A stretch of DNA of 63,584 bases, counting the filler, from Welwitschia mirabilis (Eukaryota), in NCBI GenBank assembly GCA_051453625.1. It is 5 parts of one record of this genome, joined end to end, with 100 filler letters (N's around TTAATTAATTAA, not from the genome) between each part and the next. Parts side by side here need not be neighbours in the genome. Positions count along the whole stretch, not along the records: positions 1 to 15,834 come from JBOZIK010000001.1; 4 more parts are not named here. The stretch is one strand, 5' to 3'. Below the pieces are notes generated by a model. That model was not told the origin of the DNA. It worked only from the letters and a program-made list of their open reading frames with translations, and did no database searches. Made by a program: the position numbers and the translations under genes. This document shows positions 1 through 11,070 of this stretch, in pieces. Every line of letters starts with the position of its first letter. Within the stretch, counting starts at the first letter, position 1.

Positions 1-1041
1 AATAGGGTGAATTACCAAAAATAACTACTTAATTTCAAGAAGCTAAAATCTGAACTTTGCTTAAGAAAATGAATCAGCAACAATTGAAACAAGAACATAA
101 TGAAACAAACTCAAGCAAGCAGAAAGAGTGCACCATAGATTTATAGTGGTTCGACAATCTTTGCCTACTCCACTCATAGGGGGTAGCAACGTGCTCTCAG
201 CCTCTTGGTCCCCTTAAAACACCCTTCTCCGAAGCAGCTTACAACACCCTTCACAAGGGTTCATTTACAATACCCTTCTCAAGGGTTAGATTGCTCAACT
301 ACGGAGCATTCATTAGGATTCAATCCAATTGAAGGTTCTAATGGATTTTATGCCTTTTATGCACAGTGCAACAACTTGTAGTACAATGAACTCTCGAGGA
401 GATGATACAAGTTAGGAGTAGAGATAGAGAGGGACAGAGTTTTCTCTTCAAAAAATTATATCACACATTAGGGTATTTTCTAAAGAAGGCACAAGACCTT
501 TTATAGACTCTCCTGTAAAACTAGCTGTTTGAACCTTGAGAAGAGTGCAATGGGTCGTTGTTAACTGTGCCGGGAGTTTTCTTAGCTGTTCCCTTTTTGA
601 ACGCCATGCTTATGCAGTTAGAACGGTCAACTTTCGCTCCAACGTTCGCCCATTCGGACGTCCCCTTTGAATGATCCGGATGTCCCTATTTTTACTGTAA
701 AAAACCAAGTGGAACCCAGATGTCCCATGATGATAGGTCGAACGTCCTGTCATACTGTTCCCGTATAGAGCTGGGATGTCCTAGTTTGACAGGTCGCACA
801 TCCCCATACGTTTTGGCTGAACTTTCCCCGGATGTCCCGGTTGGATGTCTACATATGTTGAACACGAACTTTTCCAGGGCGTCCCCACGTGCTAACTCGG
901 ACGTCCCGGCAGGATTCTCTTGGAATGACATTTGTTCAGCTTTTGATTTTTCACCTGAACTTCAAATTCATAGGGCATTAGGAAACTTCCATTCATTATT
1001 GGTGGTTGCATCATTATCATTGAAACTTCTTTTCTTCAACA
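1..1041 (-). mobile_element. Sirevirus-like Ty1/copia LTR (5' or solo LTR), cut by the window edge
   Basis: Ends TCATTATCATTGAAA...TTCAACA, the reverse complement of the LTR start seen at 32415-32444 and 58321. Shares GTTCG...CTCCACTC...GGGGTAGCAA with 31670-31710 and carries repeated GGACGTCC-like palindromes. No PPT to its right. Confidence 0.75.
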
Positions 1042-1658
1042 GGAGCATCCTTGAAAAAGAAAATAAAGAATGTGTTTTTTAGTTAGGCATCTATTTAATA
1101 GGGTTTCAGTTTGCTTGTCGGAAAATAAAATCTGCCACGTGTATTTGCCATGCAGGTGCCATGTGTGACCATTTAAATTAGCATGTTTAAAGGGAACCCA
1201 AGTGTAAAAAATATGTTATGTTTAGAGGAAATCTAGGCATAAGGAATATGTTATGTTTAGAAGTTATTTATGGTAAAATGTGTAAGAGGCTAATATTGGA
1301 GGATTCTTTCATGATTAAGATCCTTCTTGAAACCTTATAAATAAGAGGGTGTGATGAAGTGAAGAATATGCTTTGGGAGTTGGAGTTGAGAATGGATCCT
1401 TGAGAGATCTTGGAGGTGAGAGCTGAAGAGGGAGCTCTTTGTTAGAACTTAAGCAAAGGTTTTTTAATGTAAGATCTTGACTCACTTGTATTTCTTTTGA
1501 AGGCTATCAAGCATTAGTATAATCTTGTACTAGTTGGCATGCCAAAATAAAGATTTTATCAGAGTTTTTATTGTAATTTCTTCATAAATTTCTCTCTCCT
1601 CTTCTTTTTCCTCTTGTGTAAAGCACTAATTGCTTTAGATCCTACCATCTTTATATCA
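1042..1658 (+). mobile_element. Solo LTR of the ~640-bp gypsy-type family also at 4135-6527
   Basis: Reverse complement of 5887-6527 along its length (GCATCCTT...; ends CCTACCATCTTTATATCA). The first ~7 bp are missing, replaced by the Sirevirus LTR. No PBS follows. Confidence 0.8.
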
Positions 1659-2359
1659 ATATTTCATTAATACAAGTCATATTTTACAAAAATCAACAAC
1701 ACAAAAACTGTTATTTATAATGCAGCTCACCAAATTGCATCAAGGATGTGAGGAAGAGGGAGTAGTTGAATGGGGAACTTCAAGAGGGGGCCCTTGAAGT
1801 GGGGTAACAAAAGCAAACTTTTCCTCTTCACTCCAAAAGTGGGTTTCCCAGTCTTTATGTTATCAACTCCTATTGTTAAAATGTTCATTTTCTTCGTTAA
1901 GGTGGCTACCTGCTAATTGATGTTGCTTTGTTATGCCCTTTGCTGTTGGAAGAAAGTATAGTCAAGCTAAGCCAACTCCTTTTTGACATTATCTATGCAT
2001 TGAGCCACCTCTGATTGGATTGTTGCAAGCTTTTGATCGAAAGAGATTCTCCTCTCTTCAACTTGTTGCCCCAAACCTTCTATTTTATTGACTAAAAATT
2101 CAAATTCCTATGATTGCATTGGTGGCGGGGGAGCAAAGGAGGAGGCTATGGCTAATTTAAAGGATTGGGAGCAAATATGGAGGCTGGTGGAAGCTCAAGG
2201 CCAATCTATTCTGTCCTAATGCTTATTGTAAGATTACAATTTCATGTTTCCCAATGTATGTGGTTTTGTAAGTCATGCCTTGATGACCACATACCCTTTC
2301 ACAATTTTGTAAACCAACCAAACCTTAGAAACACCCTTATCTCATCCAATCCTTTCGTA

Positions 2360-2585
2360 GGCTTGAATTCTTCCCTAGGCTTGAATTCTCCCCTTGGTTT
2401 GAATCCCTTGTGCACTTGAATTCTCCCCTTGGGTCTGAATTCTCCCATGGGCTTGAATTCTCCTGCTTGAATTCTCCTTGGGCTTGAATTCTTCCTTTGG
2501 CCTTGAATTCTCCCCTTCCGCCTTGAATCCTCCCTCTGGGCTTGAATTCTTTACCTTGCATGCATTCTCTGCAAGCTTGAATTGT
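2360..2585. repeat. Minisatellite, about 12 copies of a 15-20-bp unit GGCTTGAATTCTCCCCTT
   Basis: Directly visible tandem units, most containing GAATTC. Confidence 0.9.
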
Positions 2586-3405
2586 GATATGCACATATCA
2601 AAAAAAAAAAGAAAAAAGTGGAACAAATAAATAAAAAAGACAAGAACAAAAAGAAGAAAAGACAAAAAAGAGAGTGCAATAATGGAAGCCCTAATAATAG
2701 CCCTAACCCTTTGACATGCAACCCAAAAAGGGACGAATCACAACTTGCCACCTATTAGGTTAAGTAAAAACCCTAATAGTGCCCCTTGAATACCAAAGAA
2801 GCGCTAATTTTGAGAGGTGGACCATTTTGACAAGGCAAAGATTAGCGCATGAAGCCCCTAGGAGCACAACCAAAGCATTGGTTTTCACCCCAGTCTTATA
2901 GCATTACCATTGCTAGATGCAGTCCAATCACCTTCGCTATAGCGATTCTTTGTTAAATCCTATGGCACATAGCGTATCAGAGGTCCTTGGATTCATCATA
3001 TTCCTCTGGAACTAGCAACCCCTTCTTCCAAAACCCTTACCCTACTAATTGTAGCCATTTTTTGTCTCAAAAGCCTTGGATCTATTACACAATCAACATT
3101 GTCTCCATTCTTTCAGGCATGCCATATACATCACTTGTTGCAAGTTTGATGTATGCCATGGTCTATCCCAGACTAGACATTGCCTATGCATTGGGAGTTG
3201 TCTTTAAATATATGAATAATCCTAGAAGTGCTTATTGGGAAGTTGTCAAATGGGCCCTACAATACCTCCTCAGCATCCACATGATCACTGCATTCATCTG
3301 CTACTNNNNNNNNNNNNNNNNNNNNNNNNNNNNNNNNNNNNNNNNNNNNNNNNNNNNNNNNNNNNNNNNNNNNNNNNNNNNNNNNNNNNNNNNNNNNNNN
3401 NNNNN

Positions 3406-6400
3406 ACTAATTAGTGCACTAATTAATGTGCAGCCCTACTGTTATCGTTATTTTCAAAAAGCAGAGATTGAGAAAATAGTTAAGGAGATGTTGTATACTA
3501 GTATGATTAGATTAAGTGTCAGCCCTTACTCTTCCTATTTTATTGGTGCTCAAAAAGGATGGCTCTTGGTGGATGTGTGTAATTACAATGCATTAAACTG
3601 TATCATCATAAAGGACAAGTATCCTATTCTTGTTTTGGATGAGTTGTTAGATGAACAGGAGGGGTTCAACAATTTACAAATCTTGATTTGCTTTTAATTA
3701 TTATTAAATTTGACTTCATAAAGATGACATTAAGAAAACTGCCTTTCAAACACATGATGACCATTATGAATTTTTGGTTATGCCATTTGAGTTAATTAGT
3801 GCCCCCTTAACGTTCCAAAGCCTAATGATGCATAAGTTTGTTTTGATATTTTTTTGATGATATTCTCATATGTAGTTCATCCTTTGAGGATCACTTATAT
3901 CATCTGCAAATTGTTCTTAACCTCCTTTGTGAGCATTGTTTGTTAAGAAATCGAAATTTAGCTTTGCAAAATTGGAAGAGGAGTATCTTCCCCACATTAT
4001 TTCTAGCGGAGGAGTTAAGTTAGATCCTTCCAAAGTCCAAGCAATGCTAGAATAACCTACTCGATGGACAATTAAGGCAGGGTGGGTTTTCTTGGGGTTG
4101 ACTAGCTATTATCACAAACTTGTGTGACCTTATATGATGTAAAGATGGTAAGATCTAGAGCAATTAGTGCTTTACACAAGAGTGANNNNNNNNNNNNNNN
4201 NNNNNNNNNNNNNNNNNNNNNNNNNNNNNNNNNNNNNNNNNNNNNNNNNNNNNNNNNNNNNNNNNNNNNNNNNNNNNNNNNNNNNNNNNNNNNNNNNNNN
4301 NNNNNNNNNNNNNNNNNNNNNNNNNNNNNNNNNNNNNNNNNNNNNNNNNNNNNNNNNNNNNNNNNNNNNNNNNNNNNNNNNNNNNNNNNNNNNNNNNNNN
4401 NNNNNNNNNNNNNNNNNNNNNNNNNNNNNNNNNNNNNNNNNNNNNNNNNNNNNNNNNNNNNNNNNNNNNNNNNNNNNNNNNNNNNNNNNNNNNNNNNNNN
4501 NNNNNNNNNNNNNNNNNNNNNNNNNNNNNNNNNNNNNNNNNNNNNNNNNNNNNNNNNNNNNNNNNNNNNNNNNNNNNNNNNNNNNNNNNNNNNNNNNNNN
4601 NNNNNNNNNNNNNNNNNNNNNNNNNNNNNNNNNNNNNNNNNNNNNNNNNNNNNNNNNNNNNNNNNNNNNNNNNNNNNNNNNNNNNNNNNNNNNNNNNNNN
4701 NNNNNNNNNNNNNNNNNNNNNNNNNNNNNNNNNNNNNNNNNNNNNNNNNNNNNNNNNNNNNNNNNNNNNNNNNNNNNNNNNNNNNNNNNNNNNNNNNNNN
4801 NNNNNNNNNNNNNNNNNNNAGAGAGGGCAATTAATTACAATATAAACTTAAAGAAATCATAGTGATGCTTGATAGCCTTAGAGAGAAATCACAAGTGAGC
4901 CAAGATCTTACAAAAGGAACTTCCTCTTCAAGTTCCCAACACAAAGTTGCTCTCAAGCTCCCAACTTCAAGATCTCTAACTTCTCCATTCTGAACTTCAA
5001 CCACCAAAGCATACCCTTTATCTCATTACGCCCTCTTATGTATAAGGCTTCCAGAGGAATCCTTATTATGAAAGAATCCTCTTAATATTAAACTCTTACA
5101 CCTTTCAGTAAAAATAGTATCTAAGCATAGTTTATTCTTGACACCTAGATTCTTTCCAAACATAACATATTCCTTGCATCTGTATTTCCTCTAAACATGA
5201 CATATGCCTTTCACCTAGATTGCCCATGCTAATTACACATGACACCTACATAGCAATTACACATGATGCCTACATGGCAATTACACATGGTGCATTTTAT
5301 TGGTCCCTACAAACACACTTAAACCTTAGCAAATAGACACCTGACTAATCCAAACTCATTTTAATTTTATTTTTTAAGGATGCTCTTGCATCATACGCCC
5401 TCTCTTGAAAACGACCTTGTCCTCGAGCAAAAAAAGCAATATTGCAACACCAACATTTTCACCAAGACATTGCAACTAGACAGATGAAGGAAGGCTCTCC
5501 CTGCAGACCATTTGGTCCTTTTCTTCATCATGCAGTAGATCGTATAGTTGGTCTATCTTTCATGATCTCCATGCTGTTAAACATAATGTAGACTCTACAC
5601 TTTCATGGCCTTCCTCCTTGCCATCTCTCTAAGCTATCGAAGCCTCCTTTTTTGGAAGATTGTTCTCCTCTTTCAGCATGTCTTCCCTTCTATTAATCTT
5701 TGCACAAGATCTTCCTTGCTCGAGATAGTCTTCCTTGACAATCTTCAATCCTCATACAAGATCTTTTCTCGCTTCCTTTTCGCTTCTTTGAATGCTTGTG
5801 ATTCCTTTTTTCTTTTTTTTTAAAAATCCAATTGCTTGCTAATAACTTAAAATAGCACTAATGCTTGCCAAAGCCGTGATACCATATGATGTAAAGATGG
5901 TAGGAACAAGAGCAAGTAGTGCTTTACACAAGAGGGAAAAGAAGTAAAGAGGGAAATTTTAGAGAAATTACAATACAAACTCAAATAAAGTCTTTATTGT
6001 GGCGTGCCAACTAATACAAGATTCTGTTGATGCTTGAATCACAAGTGAGCCAAGATCTTACACAAGGAACTTTCTTCTCGGGTTCCCAACATAGAGTTGC
6101 TCTCAAGCTCCCAACTCTAAGATCTTTCACTCTCCATTCTTAACTTCAACTACCGAAGCATCCCCTTCATCTTATTACACCTTCTTATTTATAAAGCTTC
6201 AGGAGGAATCCTTATTATGAAAGAATCCTTCTAATATTAGCCTCTTACACCTTTCACTAACAATAGTATCTAAATGTAGCTTATTCCTTACACCTAGCTT
6301 CCCTCTAAACATATTATATTCCTTGCATCTTTATTCCCTCTAAACACAACATGTGCCTTTCATCTAGATTCCCTCTAAAGCATGGTAACAACTACACATG

Positions 6401-8800
6401 GCACCTACATGGCAATTACACATGGCGGATTTTGTTTTCCACACAAGCATACTTAAACCTTAGCAAATAGACCGCTAAATAATGCAAACTCATTTTAATT
6501 TTATTTTCTAAGGATGCTTTTGCATCATTATGGAAACAGCAATGCACCTTTGATAGCCTTGTTAAAGAAGGATGCATTCAAATAGAGTGACAAAGCTGAA
6601 AAGGCTTTTGTTAAACTCAAGCACCCTATGGTGAATACTCCAGCTTTTGCCCTGCCAGATTTTAGCAAAATATTTATTATTGAGTCAGATGCTTCAATTG
6701 TGGGTATTGGTGTGATATTAATGTAAGAAGGCTGTCCTATAGCTTTTACCAGTGAGGCTTTATCACCGTCTCATCTTAGTATGTATATTTATGACAAGGC
6801 AATGTTCATCATTGGCCATGCAGTTAGAAAGTGGTGACCATATTTGATTGGCCAACATTTTTAGCTACATGTTGATCATGAGAGTTTGAAATATTTGCTA
6901 GAATAATGGATTCTTCAATGCGATGGCAAAAATGGGTCACCAAACTAGTGGGCTGTGATTAGGATATTGTTTACAAAAGGGTGTAAGAATTTAGTGGCAA
7001 TTGTGCTATCACGTGTTCTTGACCATACTGAACTAGTGACCATATCAGTATCTACCTGAAATACTCTAGAAAATATTAGAAAGGAGTGGTTGGAGGATCT
7101 AGAGGCTCAAAAGATTGTTAAAAGGCTACAGGAAGATCCATCTTTAGTTCCTCATTTAACTCGAGAGCCTACAAACTTATGCTATAAGGGTAGAATTGTG
7201 CCAGTTCCAAACCCTATCCACTGGGAAACTATATTGCAAAAGTTACATGCATCACCTATTGCATGCCACTCTGGATTTCTTTGAACCTATAAGCGCATCT
7301 CTCATGAGTTTTACTAGAAAGGAATAAAGAGTGAAAGCAATTTTTTTTTTTTGACTTTTGTAGAATGTGATGTTTGTCAGTGCTGTAAAGGTGAGACAAT
7401 AGCAAACTTGGGCCTTCTGCAACCACTATGTGTGCTAGAGGAAGCTTGGACTAATATATCCATGGACATTATTGGGGGATGCCCACCAGCTCAAGGTAAA
7501 ACTACTATCCTTGTTGTCATAGATCATCTTGCCAAGTCTGCCCATTTTTGTGCTGCATCCCATCCTTATATTGTTGCAAGTATTGCTTAAATTTTTGTTT
7601 ATAATATTGCCAACCTGCATTGGCATTTGCTAATTCATTGTGTGTGATAGAGATAAAGTTTTACTTGCAAATTTTGATAGGAGCTTTTCTGATTGCAGGG
7701 TACAAAAGTAAATATGAGCACCTCATATAACCTACAAATGGATGGGCAGACAGACATTGTTAATAGACGTTTAGAAAATTCCCTCTGCTATTTTGCAGGT
7801 GACAAAATGAAAGATTGAGTGTGCTAGCTTCCATGGGCAAAATGGTGGTGTAGTACCACTTATCTATAAAACTGACTCCCTTTGATGCAGTTTATGGTTG
7901 GACTCCTCCCATCTTTGCTAAATACACAGTTGGCTCTTCCTAGATCAATCAAGTTGACAGGGTGCTAAGTGACAGGAACAAGGTGCAACAGCTTTTGAAG
8001 GAGAACCTTGTTCCATCCCAAGTTCGCATGAAACAACAAGCTGACAATCACTGCAGTGACTGGAAATTTTAGTAGGCAATTAACTTTTCCTCAGGCTTCA
8101 GCCTTATAACCAGGTATAATGTGTGGCCCACAATGAAACTCTCCCCTTGGTTCCTTAGGCACTATAAGGTGTTAGAGCATATAGACCCTATTGTCTACCG
8201 CCTTAACTTGCATCCAGGTTCTAAGATACACCTAGTTTTTCATGTTTCCTACCCAAAGAGGAAGCTATGAAAGAGAATTGTTGTGCAACACTACCTTTTG
8301 GATATCTCATCCATTGGTGAAGTTTGAATACAACCTCAAGCTATATTCTGGAGCCCCAAATGGTAAGCGCAAAAATTAGGCTGTTATGGAAGTCCTTGTT
8401 TAATGGTCTAATCTGCTGGGTTAGGACACTGTCTGGGAGTTGTATCACTGAATAACGGGGAAGTTTCATAAATTCTTGTTAACTAGCCTTGAGGGCAAGA
8501 CTGTTCTGAAGGGCAGAGGCATGATACAAACCTTGTTAATTATGCCTGATAATTATAATTATGTGAAATATTAATTTTTTCAATTGTTTCTGTTAATTTT
8601 CAGCCAGTTATTTCTAGTAGTTTTGAGCTGTTATTCTAGTGGTTTTCAGCCACTGTTTTATGTCACTAGAATACTAGTTTTTAGCCATTGTTTTGTCTTC
8701 CTGGAGTCCTATATATTGTACCGCCTTGGCATTGGAGGTTGATCCCCTCAAAGCGATCAAATCCTTTTTACTATGGAATCCCTAGGGTTCCTTTGAGCTG
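3406..8800 (+). mobile_element. Ty3/gypsy chromovirus-like pol pseudogene (RT, RNase H, integrase, chromodomain-like tail) with start of 3' LTR
   Basis: Motifs [66 protein letters not shown] and LEGKTVLKG. PPT-like GAAGGGCAGAGGCA is followed by TGATAC at 8522. Many stops and frameshifts; right boundary approximate. Confidence 0.88.
4135..6527 (-). mobile_element. Non-autonomous gypsy-derived LTR element: two LTRs, tRNA-Met PBS, ~490-bp internal region, PPT
   Basis: LTRs at 4135-5393 (contains a gap) and 5887-6527, both TGATG...CATCA. PBS is the reverse complement at 5873-5884 (TGGTATCACGGC); PPT is next to 5394. TSD TTATA/TTATG (4/5). The host gypsy RT resumes at 6528. Confidence 0.88.
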
Positions 8801-10059
8801 GTTGCAGGGATTCCAGAAAAGCTACTGGAAGATATGTTTTCAAAGTTAGTGGTGGTGCTGTCAACTGGATGTCATGATTGCAAGGTGATGTGGCCTTCTC
8901 TACCACAGAGGCAGCTAAGAAGATGTTTGGTTCAGATGCATTCTTGAGTGATTTAACCTTTCAGAAGCCAAATACATTGTGCACTGTGATAGCCAAAGTG
9001 CAACTCACTTGGCCAAAAGTGTTGCATATCATGCAAGAACAAAGCACATTGACATGAAGTACCGCTTCATTAGGGACACCCTAGAGAAAAAGAAATTACA
9101 AATTGACGAAATTGGCACCAAGCACAACTTTGTTGACTTCTTGATTGAGGGGTTACATGCAGCAATTCTTGCACATATGGCAGTGGAGTTGAAGAAAGTC
9201 AAGAAACATAACCTATGCAAATTTGAAAAATATTGCATCTCTTGGTGCTAAAAGCTGGAGCTCATTTTGAATACTGTCAATTTGTCTTTAAGTGGGAGAT
9301 TGTTATAATGTGAAGCAAAATTATTCCCTTTGTAATGTTATATTTTATGGTGACCCTTTTAAGAGTCTTAAAAGGTGCAATACATTGTAAAATCATCATG
9401 AAGTTAAAATGTATAGTCATTTAAGGTTATATGTGGATTAACCAAAAGTTAGGATATAAAGGAATAGCTCTAGGTACTCTGGAAAAATTTCCCTACATCT
9501 AACCTCTATTTTAGATTGTATTTTATATTGAGTTGTATAGAACAACCTTTGGCTTTGGGGAGTGATTCTTGTGAGAGATTGAGAGCTGAAGCTTGAAGCC
9601 CTTTCTAAAGCTTCGTTTGTAAGCTTACTTTTTAGTAAGAGATCTACACTATTTCCTATGGATGTTTCCCTTAGCATTTTAACAGTTTTACAAGGTAAAT
9701 CCTTCTGTCTATTTCTTTTTTCTTTTGCCTTTTGCTGTTGTTTTTCTTGACAATTCCATGAGATTTATATTTAATGCATTGATTGAAGATTGTGTATAGC
9801 CACAGTTTCTCAGATGATATTTTTAAAACTAAAAGAAGCCTTTTTACTTTCTTGGGAATTTGAGAAGCATAGTAGAATTAGTAGGCATTTGGGTGATCAT
9901 GTATTGACAAGTTTATAGATTTATGTTATTGGGATAGCTTACCCACATTATGACATCCATATTGTTTGGTTTCAATTGAAGGAAAATTAATACTTAGTTC
10001 ATCCTGTAGAAGTGTTGTACTTTTTTACGTAACTTTTGATAAAATAATGTTGTATACAG

Positions 10060-10151
10060 GTCAAAGGTGTATTTTAAAAATGGACCATCATTGTGTTTGG
10101 GTTGTCAATTGTGTGGGAGCTCGCAACTACAAGTATTTTCTCCTTTTCCTG
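10060..10151 (+). CDS. PAT12: DHHC protein S-acyltransferase (PAT12-like), internal exon carrying the catalytic DHHC motif
   Basis: AG|GTCAAAGG...TTCCTG|GTAAAT. Encodes (C)[30 protein letters not shown]. 92 bp, ends in phase 0, matching the next exon at 29496. Upstream exons are not seen in the window. Confidence 0.93.
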
Positions 10152-10762
10152 GTAAATTTAAATTTATTTCTTCAGTGGTTGGCATAAATAATAAATCACC
10201 TTAGTATCAACTAATATCCTCTATTAGTTTGTCTTTCTTTTTAACCTTCTTGTTCTTGTAGGAAGCTTGTTGAGATTCAAATTAAGAAAAAGATGCAAAT
10301 AGAAAAGGTCTAAAACATATAATAAAGATGAAAACTATCAATTTCTGTAACTGTTTAAAAATTTAAGAATTAATTACCCATTATTTGATATTCAAATATT
10401 ACATGAAAGAAACAATTTGACTTCGAGATGGTGAAGTCTCTTCTTGTAAGTCTAAGAGTAGTTTTTGCATAGATGTACCTAAAAAAGTAGATAGTTGAAA
10501 TATTGCTTATGATATTAGACATAAGAGATAGTGACATTGATGTGAATTCTCATCATGATAGCGTGCAATAAATCCTTTTTGAATTTCCCTTGTCCTTCCA
10601 CATATCCTTATCCTTTGACATGTTCCTGAATTCTCATATAATCTTTGTTGACCACTCACTATTGCTGTAATCGATCATGTCAATACTTTATGCCACTTCA
10701 TCCAAGTTCTTCAAAGACAAAATACTCATAATCTTACATTTGTTCATGTAGTTATGTACACT

Positions 10763-11070
10763 TTCTTTCCTTCTTTCTTTCTTTTTTCCCCCAATGAAGA
10801 AGTTAATTCAGGGAAATTGTGTTGCATTCACTAGGTCACTGTTTTGCTTGGCTAAATGAAAGCCCATGGGTAGCCTCTACCAGCCTAAGAGCTTGCTATC
10901 AAATGTTTAGGTTTCACTTGTCATTCATACCAAAGATGTTGAAACCATGCTTGGGTGTGCCTTGAATACATGGGAGAACCACAATCCAATGCATGCACCT
11001 TGGGACTCGAACCCAAAATGTTGAAGCCCACAACTTATAAACATAGTCCAAACCAACTATTCTATGCACT
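10763..11070 (-). mobile_element. tRNA-derived SINE, copy 1
   Basis: Minus strand shows A-box-like TAGAATAGTTGG, B box GGTTCGAGTCC (plus-strand GGGACTCGAACCC near 11002-11014) and an A/G-rich tail. Homologous to 61810-62100. Confidence 0.75.

Larger units (their letters stand above)
3118..9752 (+). mobile_element. Ty1/copia (Tork-like) remnant: RT end, RNase H, PPT and 3' LTR, split by a gypsy insertion
   Basis: 3118-3270 encodes PYTSLVASLMYAMVYPRLDIAYALGVV...WEVVKWALQYL. It resumes at ~8810 with RK-TGRYVF..GGAVNWMS and HCDSQSA..ARTKHIDMKYRFIR. PPT AAGTGGGAGAT at 9290-9300; LTR TGTT...TGACA at 9301-9752. Confidence 0.85.

Noticed and set aside
2360..2585. CRISPR-like appearance of regularly spaced repeats
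   Set aside because: No unique spacers, no cas genes, eukaryotic context; it is a minisatellite.
2987..3697. 236-aa ORF apparently fusing copia RT to gypsy RT
   Set aside because: The fusion spans an N gap and reflects nesting, not a chimeric protein.
4102..4862. Long ORFs of 230-306 aa in the track (also 30395-31331)
   Set aside because: Composed almost entirely of X from N gaps.
10560..10760. Possible RTE-LINE 3' fragment on the minus strand (GRGQGKFKK-like)
   Set aside because: Similarity is too short and degenerate to support without a search.
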